Part shown: in pieces, positions 31,894 through 41,187 of the stretch
How the letters are laid out: each line of letters starts with the position of its first letter
Position numbering within the stretch: the first letter of the stretch is position 1
Assembly (NCBI GenBank): GCA_965208105.1
Contig: OZ242318.1
Coordinates: 2,592,001 to 2,656,000, forward strand
DNA length: 64,000 nucleotides
Origin: Candidatus Latescibacterota bacterium
GTDB lineage: Bacteria > Latescibacterota > UBA2968 > UBA8231
Direction of reading: 5' to 3'
Position numbers and translations under genes: made by a program
The notes under the pieces: model-generated
Database searches by the model: none
Told to the model about the DNA's origin: nothing
Seen by the model: the letters and a program-made list of their open reading frames with translations, nothing else

Positions 31894-34665
31894 ATGAGAA
31901 TTCTTACACCCATCCTATCCCTTGTGCTCTGGTCATTGAGTTGGCCTGCGTTCTCCTTGGCTGAGAACCCGCACTTCCACCAGCCGCTCGATCCGGAGAG
32001 GCTCGGGCGGCTTCTGCAACACGCTGCGGCCAAGCCTGCTCTCCAGGATGCAGGAGAACCACGCACCGTGCGAATGATCTACTTCGTGTCCGATCCGCAG
32101 GGCTTTCGGCAGGAAGTGGTGGACCAGATGAAGACAACGATCCGGGAGGTACAGCGCATTTTTGCCGATCAGATACGGGCGCACGGATTCGAAGAAACTA
32201 CTTTCCGTTATGAGAAGGATGCACAGGACGAGCCCATGGTTCACCTCATATATGGGACCGGAGGCAATTACGACCATTGGCGCGCCCTTGGACGTATTCA
32301 TCAGGGATTCGATCTCGACGCGAATGTATACTTCATCGTCCTTGGCAACGAGGAAGATCTTCTATCTCAAAACGCAATAGGAGGACTGGGACAGCAGTAT
32401 ACAAAGACCGGGGGATGGGCGATGTTGGGACAGTATCTCGACCCCGATTTCGTTGCCCGGGCTGCCCATGAATTGGGCCATGCTTTCGGATTGGAGCACA
32501 ATTTCAACGACGGGGAGTACATCATGTCCTATGGCCCCGGGCGAAGCAGGTTATCCGAGCTCAGCGCAGGCCACCTGGCCGTACATCCCCATTTCAATCC
32601 TGCCAGTCCCACGGACCAGGAATCGCACACCGAGTTGCCCACAGGTCAAGTCGTTTCCTCGCGCACCTACCAGACAGGTGCGACAAGCGTCCCCATCCAG
32701 CTCGAGCTCAGCGACCCGGACGGTCTTCAGCAGGTATCTCTATTCGTCACCACGCCGGAATCCCACTTTTCCGCGGGCTTGCCCGAATTGAAAACAGGCC
32801 GCCTGCTGAGGGGCGCGACGGAGGCCGTCGTCGACTTCGAGTATGACGGGATCATTCCATCGGACAGGGATTATACGAGTCTCTCCACTCTTCTCACGCA
32901 CAGGATAGAGTTTGAAGTCGTGGACCTGCTCGGCAATATCGGCAGGATAGGCCTGTCGCTGCTGCATGAGTCGACCCACAAGTTCGTCATCCCCCTGGAC
33001 CGGCGGGAAAGGACCGGGGCCTATGGTGTGACCTTTTCTCCCGATGGTAAAATCCTTGCCTCAGGGCTGGAGAACCAGACTGTTGCCCTGTGGAACGCTG
33101 AGACCGGGGAACATCTGGCCACCCTGGCGGGATATGAAGGGAGGGGGTGGTCCCCCCGGGTCTGGTCCGTGGCCTTTTCCCCAGATGGCACGGTTCTGGC
33201 CACGGGGACCTGGGAAGGCACCATCAAGCTATGGGACACGGCGACATGGACGGAGATCGACACCCTCCGGCATGGAGGTGCTGCAGGTCGGATCTATTCC
33301 CTGGCCTTTTCCCCAGATGGCAGGACCCTCGCCTCCGCGTTGACGGATGAATGGACGAGTCCTGCCCACACGATCAAGCTGTGGGAGGTGTCCACATGGA
33401 CCGAGGTCGCCGAGTTGAAAGGGCATGAGTTTGGTGTCCGTACCCTAGCGTTCTCGCCGGATGGAGAAACCCTGGCCTCAGGTGCTTTTGACGGCACCAT
33501 CAGGCTGTGGGACGTGGCCACAGGAGCGCAGGCCGGATACATCCCCTATGAGGCCGCAGTCACTTCCGTGGCCTTCTCGCCGGATGGGGAAACCCTCATT
33601 TCGGGAGCTTTCAACAACATGGTCGCTTTCTGGGACGTTGAGCAAAGGACCTTCAAAGCTCAGTTTGAGGTAGCCAGACAGAATCTCCTGCGCTATGTCT
33701 CCTTCACCTCCGATGGCGAGAAAGTCGTCTCCGCGACCCAGGGAGGAGCCATCGAGCTCTGGGAAGCGGATCTGCAGGCAGGGAGAATAGAGAGAGTGGC
33801 GGCCTTTCAGGCGGCCAGCGGCGACAAGCTGTACAACACTTCGGGAACATTTTCTCCCGACGGCACGATCTTGGCCACGTCCCTGGGCAATTGGGGAGAG
33901 GGGGATTACACCCTCGTCCTGTGGGATCTGTCTCCTTACGTCACCCCCGTTGTTCATGTGGCCGACTTCAACCTCAAATCGGCGGTTCGAGAAGTCCTGG
34001 GCGAGTCCGATTTCGGCCCCCTATTCAGGGAAGACATGGAGCGGTTGACCACACTCGACCTGAGGAACCGGGAGATTCGCGATCTCATCGGTCTCGAGTG
34101 GGCCACGCGACTGACGCGCCTTGATCTCAGGGGCAATCCGCTGAATACATCCGCCCTCAGCGCCCATATCCCAGCCCTGGAAGCCAGGGGCGTAGAGGTT
34201 TTGTTCCCACCAACGCCGCAGGTGGTGGCCAAGCTCTCGGCCGACGGCCAGCAGGCGCGGTCGGGCAGTCGAGTTCAGGATCTCCTGGTCGTCGAGGTGC
34301 TTGACCAGAACGGACTGGTCCTGCCCGGAGCGGTCGTGGAGTTCGAGATTACCCAGGGGGAGGGTACCCTTTCGGTATCTACCGACACCACCGACGCAAT
34401 GGGCCGCGCCTCCACTGTCCTGACCTTCGGGGAGGGGGCAGGTACTATCACCGTGGCGGTGAAGGTGAATGGCCTTGTTTCCGAAACCTTCACCGCAACG
34501 GCTCTTTCCATAGGAGACTTCAATGGCGACGGAGTAACCAGTTATGACGACTTCTTCCTCTTCGCCAAGGCGTTCGGCAGCAACGACCCCCGCTTCGACC
34601 TGGACGGAAATGGCAAGGTGGGTATTTCCGACTTCTTTATCTTTGCCGATCATTTTGAGCAATGA
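31894..34665 (+). CDS. Secreted multidomain protein: metzincin-type Zn peptidase + WD40 propeller + LRR + Ig-like (Big_1) + EF-hand/dockerin-like
   Basis: Signal peptide; HELGHAFGLEH plus YIMSY Met-turn; about 7 'AFSPDG..LASG..D.TIKLWD' repeats; LTTLDLRNREIRDLIGLE; DFNGDG and DLDGNG. Confidence 0.85.
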   Translation: MRILTPILSLVLWSLSWPAFSLAENPHFHQPLDPERLGRLLQHAAAKPALQDAGEPRTVRMIYFVSDPQGFRQEVVDQMKTTIREVQRIFADQIRAHGFEETTFRYEKDAQDEPMVHLIYGTGGNYDHWRALGRIHQGFDLDANVYFIVLGNEEDLLSQNAIGGLGQQYTKTGGWAMLGQYLDPDFVARAAHELGHAFGLEHNFNDGEYIMSYGPGRSRLSELSAGHLAVHPHFNPASPTDQESHTELPTGQVVSSRTYQTGATSVPIQLELSDPDGLQQVSLFVTTPESHFSAGLPELKTGRLLRGATEAVVDFEYDGIIPSDRDYTSLSTLLTHRIEFEVVDLLGNIGRIGLSLLHESTHKFVIPLDRRERTGAYGVTFSPDGKILASGLENQTVALWNAETGEHLATLAGYEGRGWSPRVWSVAFSPDGTVLATGTWEGTIKLWDTATWTEIDTLRHGGAAGRIYSLAFSPDGRTLASALTDEWTSPAHTIKLWEVSTWTEVAELKGHEFGVRTLAFSPDGETLASGAFDGTIRLWDVATGAQAGYIPYEAAVTSVAFSPDGETLISGAFNNMVAFWDVEQRTFKAQFEVARQNLLRYVSFTSDGEKVVSATQGGAIELWEADLQAGRIERVAAFQAASGDKLYNTSGTFSPDGTILATSLGNWGEGDYTLVLWDLSPYVTPVVHVADFNLKSAVREVLGESDFGPLFREDMERLTTLDLRNREIRDLIGLEWATRLTRLDLRGNPLNTSALSAHIPALEARGVEVLFPPTPQVVAKLSADGQQARSGSRVQDLLVVEVLDQNGLVLPGAVVEFEITQGEGTLSVSTDTTDAMGRASTVLTFGEGAGTITVAVKVNGLVSETFTATALSIGDFNGDGVTSYDDFFLFAKAFGSNDPRFDLDGNGKVGISDFFIFADHFEQ

Positions 34666-34776
34666 CCCCGGTCGAAGCTTGTTGCCCTTGCGCGGGAGTT
34701 GATCGGTCTGCCTAAGTCAGCCTGGAGTTGACCCGGTTTGGTGGGTACCTTATCACTTGATGAAAAGGAGCCCTCC

Positions 34777-35091
34777 ATGCCTAAATCACGTATTCCCTAT
34801 CCCCCCGAATTTCGCCAGCAGATGGTCGAGCTGGTCCGCTCCGGACGCTCGCCAGGCTCCCTGGCCAAAGAGTTCGAGCCTTCGGCTCAGACGATCCACA
34901 CCTGGGTAAAACAGGCCGACCTCGATAGCGGCCGACGCCACGATGGCTTGACCACCTCCGAACGCGCCGAAATACGACGCTTACGGCGCCAGATCAAGCA
35001 GTTGCGCACCGAGCGCGACATCCTGGCAAAAGCAGCGGCCTGGTTCGCTCGCCAGACCGATTCGATGCCCACAGAGCCTTCGAATTCGTGA
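34777..35091 (+). CDS. IS3-family transposase OrfA
   Basis: MPKSRIPYPPEFRQQMVELVRSGRS..LAKEFEPS.QTI.TWV...EIRRLRR..ERDILAKAAAWFA. Confidence 0.88.
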   Translation: MPKSRIPYPPEFRQQMVELVRSGRSPGSLAKEFEPSAQTIHTWVKQADLDSGRRHDGLTTSERAEIRRLRRQIKQLRTERDILAKAAAWFARQTDSMPTEPSNS

Positions 35092-35560
35092 AGGCGTATC
35101 AGGCCCTCTATCCGGTGACCACGCTGTGCCGTGTGCTGGGTGTCTCCTCCAGCGGCTACTACGCGTGGCGCAAGCGGCGGCCCTCAATATGGCCCTGGCT
35201 CAGCGTCGACCGCAGGAGGTGATTCATCATTCCGATCAAGGCTGCCAATACACCTCCATCGCCTTTGGCCAGCGCTGTAAAGCCGCGGGAGTACGGCCGT
35301 CGATGGGCTCGGTGGGCGATTGCTTTGACAATGCCCTGTGCGAAAGTTTCTTTGCTACCTTGGAATGCGAACTCATAGATCGCTATACCATTCGCTCCCA
35401 AGCCCAGGCTCGCATCGCCCTTTTTCGTTTTATCGAGGGTTGGTACAACCCCCATCGCAGCCACTCGGCCATAGACTATATGTCGCCCATCAGCTATGAA
35501 GAGAGATGGAAGGAAGGTCTGGAAATCTCAAGTCCAAAACCGTCCACCAAACCGGGGTAA
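35088..35560 (+). pseudogene. IS3-family OrfB with internal deletion
   Basis: N-terminus (LCRVLGVSSSGYYAW.KR) is joined out of frame near 35185 to ALNMAL..HHSDQGCQYTS..DNALCESFFATLE..WYNP.R.HS; the first catalytic Asp region is missing. Confidence 0.85.
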
Positions 35561-35565
35561 CTCCA

Positions 35566-38124
35566 TAGAGCGAATTCTTTGCCCTCCTTGATTCGCTGAT
35601 TAATGAGTTTCTTGCGCAAGGCTCCGGTTCCGGCCAGTGCCACCTCGTCATCACGGAGCGAGAACCATTCCACTTCCGGTTGCTCGATCAGGTCCCACGG
35701 CGGGTTGCCGATGACCGCGTCGAAGCCTCCCCGGGGTCGGTCGCTCTGCCAGTTCCGCCACACCCCTGGAAAGGCCGCCTCCCAGTGCAGGAAGCCTTCC
35801 TGGCCGGCGAGAGTGCAGGCTTCGTTCCAGCGCTCGCTAAACATCGTCCAGGTTTCGACGTCTTTATCGGGCGGCTCGCCGCCCAGGTGGTTTGGTCCCC
35901 GCGCCAGAAGCTTATACGCTTCCGCCGGCTGGCGGCCGAGCGTAAGGTCCAGCGGCCCCTCGAAGGCGTCCCGTTCCTTCTTCTTCATCCCCGCCGTCAG
36001 CCAGCGCCAGCCGCAGAGGATATCCAGCAAGCCGCGGAGGTCCGCGGTCGTCTTCTCTACCACCTCGAACAACTCTGCCGATTCCCGCACCTCGGTCACG
36101 TCGGCATCGGACATTTCCTCGATGCGCTGCATGCCCTCCGTGGCCGCCTCGGCCCCGGCAATAGCACTTTGGGCGAACATCCTGGCCAGGCGGTACAGGT
36201 CCTTTACTGCCTGCCCCACCCGCAAGCCCACGAGGGAATCGCCGCAGCGCAGGTGGTGGTCGAGGAAGGAGAGGGGCGCGCCCACGGTGAAGCTGTGCAA
36301 CCACAGCGACACCTTGGCCAGCTCGACGGTCAGACGGTTCTTGTCCACCCCGTAGATGCAGCGCTTGAGCACCATGCGGCGGATGATGGCCTGGTCGGTG
36401 AGCTGGGCCTCGTCCAGGACCCACCGGGCCTCAGCCGCCCGTTGTTTTATTTCGGCCCGAATCTTCGCTACTCGCTGCACCAGCGGCGAGGCGTAGTCTC
36501 CGTCGAGCCACTCCGGGACCGCCGGAACGTACTCGATGAGCTCGGCGATGTAGTCGGAGAGGAAGTCCACCGCGGTGACCAGGAAATGGCCGCTGCCCAT
36601 GGCGGGGTCCAGGACCTTGAGGTCGAGGACGGCCACCGCGGGGTCGAGCATCTGGAGTTCGGCCTGGCGTTTCTCCCTGGAACGGCGGTCCCTCTTGAGG
36701 TCTGCGGCCTTGTCCTCGAAGGCCCTGAGACGCTCTTCTGCCAGCGGCTTCAGGGTGCGATCGACTATCAGGTCAACCAGGTCCTGGGAGGTGTAGAAGC
36801 TGCCGCTGTCCTTGCGGGCGTAGGGATTGGGGCGGATGACGGTCTCGCCGTTGTCGTCCCGCACCGGCTCGCGCTCGAGCAGGCGCTCGTAGATCGAGCC
36901 GAGCTGCTGCACCGACATGTCGCGGTAGTTGATGAAGCGGCGCCGGCCCTGGGCGGAGGGGGCGTGACTCAGGTCGTAGATGATGGGAGCGACCTCGTCG
37001 TCGGCCAGACGGACCTCCTCCAACAGGGGAGCCGCCTCCGTAGCGAACAGCCCGCCATTGTAGGGCGGCAGACCGATGGATGGATCGCCCTTGTCGATGA
37101 GCGAGAACAAGGTCGTCAGATGGTTGTAGTAGGTGCTGGCCTGGGTGGAGAAGATATCGTTCGCTACCATCCTGGAGGCGATGTGATCGCGAACCGGCTT
37201 GCGCAGGCCATAGTCGTCGTAGCGCGCGTCGTTGACCGGCAGCAGACCGCGGTCCTCGGCGTATAGCACGAAGAGCAGACGATAGAGGAAGATCAGCGCC
37301 GCCTCCCGGCTATCCGCGAGGCCCCTCTCCGATTTCCGGGCGAGAGCATCGACCAGGCGGGGGAAGACGCGCTCGAACACCACGCTGGATAGATCCTGCG
37401 CCACCTGGTCCTCGTAGCGCCGGCCCTCGGCCAGCGCCGCTTCGAGAAAGGTGGTCGTCGCACCGTCCCTCAGGGTGAAGGAGTTGCGGTGAAACAGCAG
37501 GAAGAAGGTCCTCAGCCCATCTTCACCATCTCCTTCCCGCAGCCCGAGCAGAGATCCCAGGTCGGCTTCGAAATAGCCGCTGGCGCGAGGCCGGGCGCGG
37601 TAGTCGTAGAGACGCCACACACTGCCGTTGGTGAGGATGCCCCATCGCATGCGGCTCTCCGACTCGATGTCGGCTGTGGAAAGGTACCTGAGGATTTGGC
37701 CGTGCGGCGTCCTGGCCTGGACTTTGTCGTCCCGGTCCCGGTCGTCCAGGGACAGCCCGAAGCGCTTGCTCTCTTCAACCGCCGCGGCGAAGCGGAACCG
37801 GTCTCCGGCCATCGGTTCGGCGGCGGCCGCCTGCTTGGCGGCGGAGTCGGCGAAAAGCAGACGGTCGGGTATGTCCTCGTTGCGGGCAACGCCCTGCTGC
37901 GGCAGGTAGTCAGACCACCCAAGAAGCTCCAGCGCCGGGCGGATCAAGTCCTGCTCGGTGACCGCTTCGTTGGGGCCATGAGACCGGCGCAGGTCCTCGT
38001 GGCGCCGGGCGACGCCGCTCCTGAACGCGGCAAATGCCTGCGGCCGGTCAACCGAGGCTTTCCACTCGGGCGTTTCCTTAATGCCGTCAGTGAGGAAGTA
38101 GTGAGTGAACAGCTGACCAGGCAT
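35566..38124 (-). pseudogene. Type IIG / Eco57I-like restriction-modification enzyme, 3'-truncated by the IS3 element
   Basis: PD..EESK nuclease-like motif, WGILTNG..WRLY, PYNGGLF, LGSIYERLL, GSFYT, LDPAMGSGHF (motif I), IGNPPW (motif IV); frame runs into the IS about 40 codons after NPPW. Confidence 0.85.
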
Positions 38125-38145
38125 GTCAGCTACCAACGCTGGCGC

Positions 38146-38391
38146 TCAGAATTGCTGCGCATAGATGTCCAGAACTTTGCGGATCATACTTTGGTAGGGG
38201 ACCCCGTTCTCCCGCGCTTTTACCTTGAAGAAATCAACGCTCCTTTTGTTGAGGTTGAGCGTGACCCGCACGGTTTCCTCTCTTGGAACGAGTTGGTCGG
38301 GCGGCGGCAGGAAATCAGCAACCACCTCTGCCTGATCGATCGCTTCTGCAATATCAAGAGGTGCTTTCTCATATTTTCTTTTATTGTTCAT
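38146..38391 (-). CDS. BrnA/CopG-family antitoxin
   Basis: DFLPPPDQLV..ETVRVTL.L..SVDFFK..A....PYQSMIR.VLD.YA (ribbon-helix-helix). Confidence 0.8.
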   Translation of the reverse strand: MNNKRKYEKAPLDIAEAIDQAEVVADFLPPPDQLVPREETVRVTLNLNKRSVDFFKVKARENGVPYQSMIRKVLDIYAQQF

Positions 38392-38476
38392 AACGCTTCG
38401 CTCCTTCGCGCCAGTAACCGGCACCAAAAATGCGGATATTGCCTCCTCGATAAGTAAAGAGTGCATATTGATACAT
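38381..38476 (-). pseudogene. BrnT-family toxin C-terminal remnant
   Basis: Manual translation MYQYALFTYRGGNIRIFGAGYWREGAKRYEQ*, overlapping the antitoxin start; resembles BrnT C-termini. Confidence 0.7.
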
Positions 38477-38835
38477 ATTTTTATACATATATTTTAAGCC
38501 CATGTCAAGATCTCACAAGTCGACCGGGGAACCTGGTCTTTCGGGCAGACCTGTTGGTACTTCGGCATTTCCACTTACATCAATGATGCAGACCGAGATT
38601 CTGCGCGCCTCCTCTGGAGAAAGAATCGCTTGCAATCGCTCTTTCAACTCTATGGCGTTGCTCGGAGAAGTGCCTGAGGGAAGGGACGCCGCGGCGGGTC
38701 AACCGGTGGATATCCAGCGGCAAGGATAGGGCATCGTGCCAGTTGCCTGTACATCACCGAGGCAAGTGCATCACATGCAGGCTGTCGATCAACTGAGGCC
38801 CTGTGTTGGAGTTGTTCGATCAAGGCACGGTTTTC

Positions 38836-39561
38836 TCATTCGTCCTCGACCACATGCCTGTTCATCTGTTGGACCAGGGGTGGCATCCGGTCCCGCACGC
38901 TGCGCTTCATCAAATGCCAATCACCGGCCCCGGGGTCCATCCACGACGCGTAATACGTAACTCCCACCCCCACGCGGTGCTTGTCCGCGGTGACATTGGC
39001 CCCGCCGCCATGCCAGATAGAGCCGTGAAAAATCACGGCGGACCCCGCCGGCCCCTCGGCGGCAACCAGGTGTTTGTAATCCACCCCGGCTCGAGGCACT
39101 CGGCGCGAATGGTGGCTGAAGGGCATCAGCCTGGTCGCGCCGTTCTCGAAGGTGAAGTCGGTCATCATCCACATACTGTTGACGATGAAACAGGCGTCCG
39201 GTACCGGCAGGCCGGATTGGGAGAACCAGCCTATGGGCACATCTGCGTGGAGCTTCGGCTCTTTTGCGCCCGGCTTGATCCAGATGGCGCCGACTGAACC
39301 GCCCAACTGAAACTGCGGTCCGAGCATATGCTCCGCCAGCTCCAGGTAGACCGGGTTGGTGACGAGCGGAACGAAGGTGTCCTGGTCATCGATATTCAAC
39401 AGGCCTTGCTGACCCTGGTTCAGTTGATTCGCACTCGGTTGCCGGTTCAAAATTTCCATCACCCGTTTTGCCATGCGGTCTGCTTCATCGGTGGGAATGA
39501 GGTTGGGTATGATGACGAAGCCATATTCTTCCAGCTCGATCTTCAACTGCTCGACGTCCAT
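38836..39561 (-). CDS. Phytanoyl-CoA dioxygenase (PhyH) family Fe(II)/2OG oxygenase
   Basis: EYGFVII, LHAD (HxD), DFT.ENGAT...P.SH, WHGGGAN, R. Confidence 0.9.
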   Translation of the reverse strand: MDVEQLKIELEEYGFVIIPNLIPTDEADRMAKRVMEILNRQPSANQLNQGQQGLLNIDDQDTFVPLVTNPVYLELAEHMLGPQFQLGGSVGAIWIKPGAKEPKLHADVPIGWFSQSGLPVPDACFIVNSMWMMTDFTFENGATRLMPFSHHSRRVPRAGVDYKHLVAAEGPAGSAVIFHGSIWHGGGANVTADKHRVGVGVTYYASWMDPGAGDWHLMKRSVRDRMPPLVQQMNRHVVEDE

Positions 39562-39590
39562 ACCTTCCTCCTTTCCAAGATACAAGGTCT

Positions 39591-39754
39591 AGTGTCCCGT
39601 CGCAGAGATAGGTTGACGCAATTGGGCCGCCGAGGCGCCAGGCTCACAAGGCGCCTGAGCAAGCCGTACCAGTGGTGTACGGCGAGTGAAGGCAACGCCG
39701 TGAGCCGGGATGGATCGGCGGAATAATGACGACATATTTCTGCCACGGGACACT
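39591..39754. mobile_element. 164-bp MITE-like hairpin element (copy B); its right CTAG is split by the IS110 element
   Basis: TIRs 39591-39610 and 39735-39754 match 18/20; inner stems GGCTCAC/GTGAGCC and GCCGTAC/GTACGGC; left CTAG at 39589-39592. Confidence 0.8.
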
Positions 39755-39825
39755 GATATGTATTGACGGTTGTCAACCCCCTCCGGGGTGGTCGTTTCGG
39801 GTGTTATCTTTGCATGAGTTTGTTC

Positions 39826-39994
39826 GGGAACAGAAGGGACGCTGTAGCGACGGTTGATCCGACTGATATTCGCGGGTTGGTTACCGCCTGTCCTGGGTGC
39901 GTCGCGGAGCGGCCTCAATCTAGAGTCGAGGGTCAGCCTGATAGGCGCCTCATAGTGTCTTCGAGGATTCTCCTGACCGGTCCCTTCTGTCCCG
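39826..39994 (-). ncRNA. Putative bridge RNA / seekRNA of the IS110 element
   Basis: 11-bp closing stem (39830-39840 / 39980-39990) encloses two stem-loops with large internal loops; loop segments GACACUA and AUAUCAG equal the reconstituted target and the element junction. Confidence 0.75.
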
Positions 39995-40047
39995 TTTCGA
40001 TTTACATGAGCAAAGGTCCTATGCCGGCTTCTGAGACGATGAGCTTA

Positions 40048-41187
40048 TCAGGCGGCGATCCGAGGCCTCCTGGCCACGAGGCGGCCGGGGCGTTTCTGCT
40101 CCCAGGCGATGGCCCAGATGAAACCCAAAAGCTCCCGCGCGATCGCGCAGCACACCTTGTTCTTCGGCATCCCTCGCCCACTCAGCCGTCGATAGCGTCC
40201 ACACAGGCGTTTCTGTGCCTTCCAGGCGATGGCCTGTATGGGGGGTGCGGTCTGTTCGGCGCGTCGTTGCAAGGCGGCCGTCTTGCGGGCGGGAAAGCGA
40301 TAGCACCAGGCCGCTTCCACCAGCACGCGCCGCACGTGGGCGTTGCCCGCCTTGGTGATCGCCCCTCGCTTTTGGCGGGAGCCGCTGGAATGCTCGCTGG
40401 GGACCAGACCGACGAAGGCCATCAGTTGGCGCGGCGAGTCAAAGCGGGTGAGGTCCCCCAACTCGGCCAGGGTCGTAACCGCGGTGAGCGTGTCTACCCC
40501 GCGCAGCGCCCTCATAGCCCGCGTCTCCCCTTCCAAAGACCATCCCTCCAGCGCCTGCTGCAGGGCCTGGTCCAACCCCTGGATCCGACCTTGGGCTTCC
40601 TGTACCGCGTCCACGTATTCCTGAAAGACGATCTGCTGGGCCGGATGATCGAAGCGCTGGGTCTGCAGCCAGCGAAAGTGGGCTTGGGTCCAGCGACTGC
40701 GCCCGGAGTAGATCCGGCCGTGGCGCTGCAAGAAGCTGTTCAGCCGCTGGCGCACGCGGCGCTCGGCGTGCTTGAAGTCTTCCCGGCAGCGCTCCAGATC
40801 GCGCATCGCCTCCTGCGCTTCGTCGGGCACCCACACGGGGGTCAACTCGCCGTGTTGGAAAAGCCGCACCAGAGACACAGCATCGCGGCGGTCGGTCTTG
40901 ATGCGGTCGCCCGGCCGACGCGGGATCAGCGAGGGCGCCACCACCGTGCAGGCGTGCCCCAGGGCTGTGAGCTGACGGTAGACGCCGTAGCCGCAGGGTC
41001 CGGCCTCGTAGCAAAACCGCAACGAGGTCCCACCACGGGCCAGTTGGCCCGCCAGCTTGGACAACGCGGCGCCCGTAGACGGTATCGTTCCATACAGGTC
41101 TGGCCCTTTTCGGCCTTCACCGGCCAGGGCGACGGTGATCGAATCTTTATGTATGTCCAAGGCGACGAATTTCGTAGATTTACGCAT
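40048..41187 (-). CDS. IS110-family transposase/recombinase
   Basis: RuvC-like DEDD residues (ALDIHK, CYEAGPCG, KTDRRDA); C-terminal GLVPSEHSSG with catalytic Ser, ITKAGN, AIAREL. Confidence 0.95.
   Translation of the reverse strand: MRKSTKFVALDIHKDSITVALAGEGRKGPDLYGTIPSTGAALSKLAGQLARGGTSLRFCYEAGPCGYGVYRQLTALGHACTVVAPSLIPRRPGDRIKTDRRDAVSLVRLFQHGELTPVWVPDEAQEAMRDLERCREDFKHAERRVRQRLNSFLQRHGRIYSGRSRWTQAHFRWLQTQRFDHPAQQIVFQEYVDAVQEAQGRIQGLDQALQQALEGWSLEGETRAMRALRGVDTLTAVTTLAELGDLTRFDSPRQLMAFVGLVPSEHSSGSRQKRGAITKAGNAHVRRVLVEAAWCYRFPARKTAALQRRAEQTAPPIQAIAWKAQKRLCGRYRRLSGRGMPKNKVCCAIARELLGFIWAIAWEQKRPGRLVARRPRIAA

Larger units (their letters stand above)
34723..35565 (+). mobile_element. Internally deleted IS3-family element (~0.84 kb)
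   Basis: IRL TGGAGTTGACCCGGTTTGGTGG and IRR CCACCAAACCGGGGTAACTCCC; contains orfA and a broken orfB. Confidence 0.85.

Noticed and set aside
33020-33930. Recurring GCCTTTTCCCCAGATGG-type repeats (and similar repeats at 42430-43210) as a possible CRISPR array
   Set aside because: They are degenerate, in frame and encode WD40 or RCC1 repeats; no cas genes are present.
34663-34665. TGA as a selenocysteine codon
   Set aside because: Not a redox or Cys-equivalent position and no clear SECIS hairpin follows.
38513-38670. Short minus-strand frame (...NAIELKERLQAILSPEEARRISVCIIDVSG...)
   Set aside because: Could be a gene remnant but has no start and no recognisable family.
39771-39776. Outward-facing TTGACA in the IS right end forming a circle-junction promoter
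   Set aside because: At 17-bp spacing the junction gives only GACCTT as -10, too weak to call.
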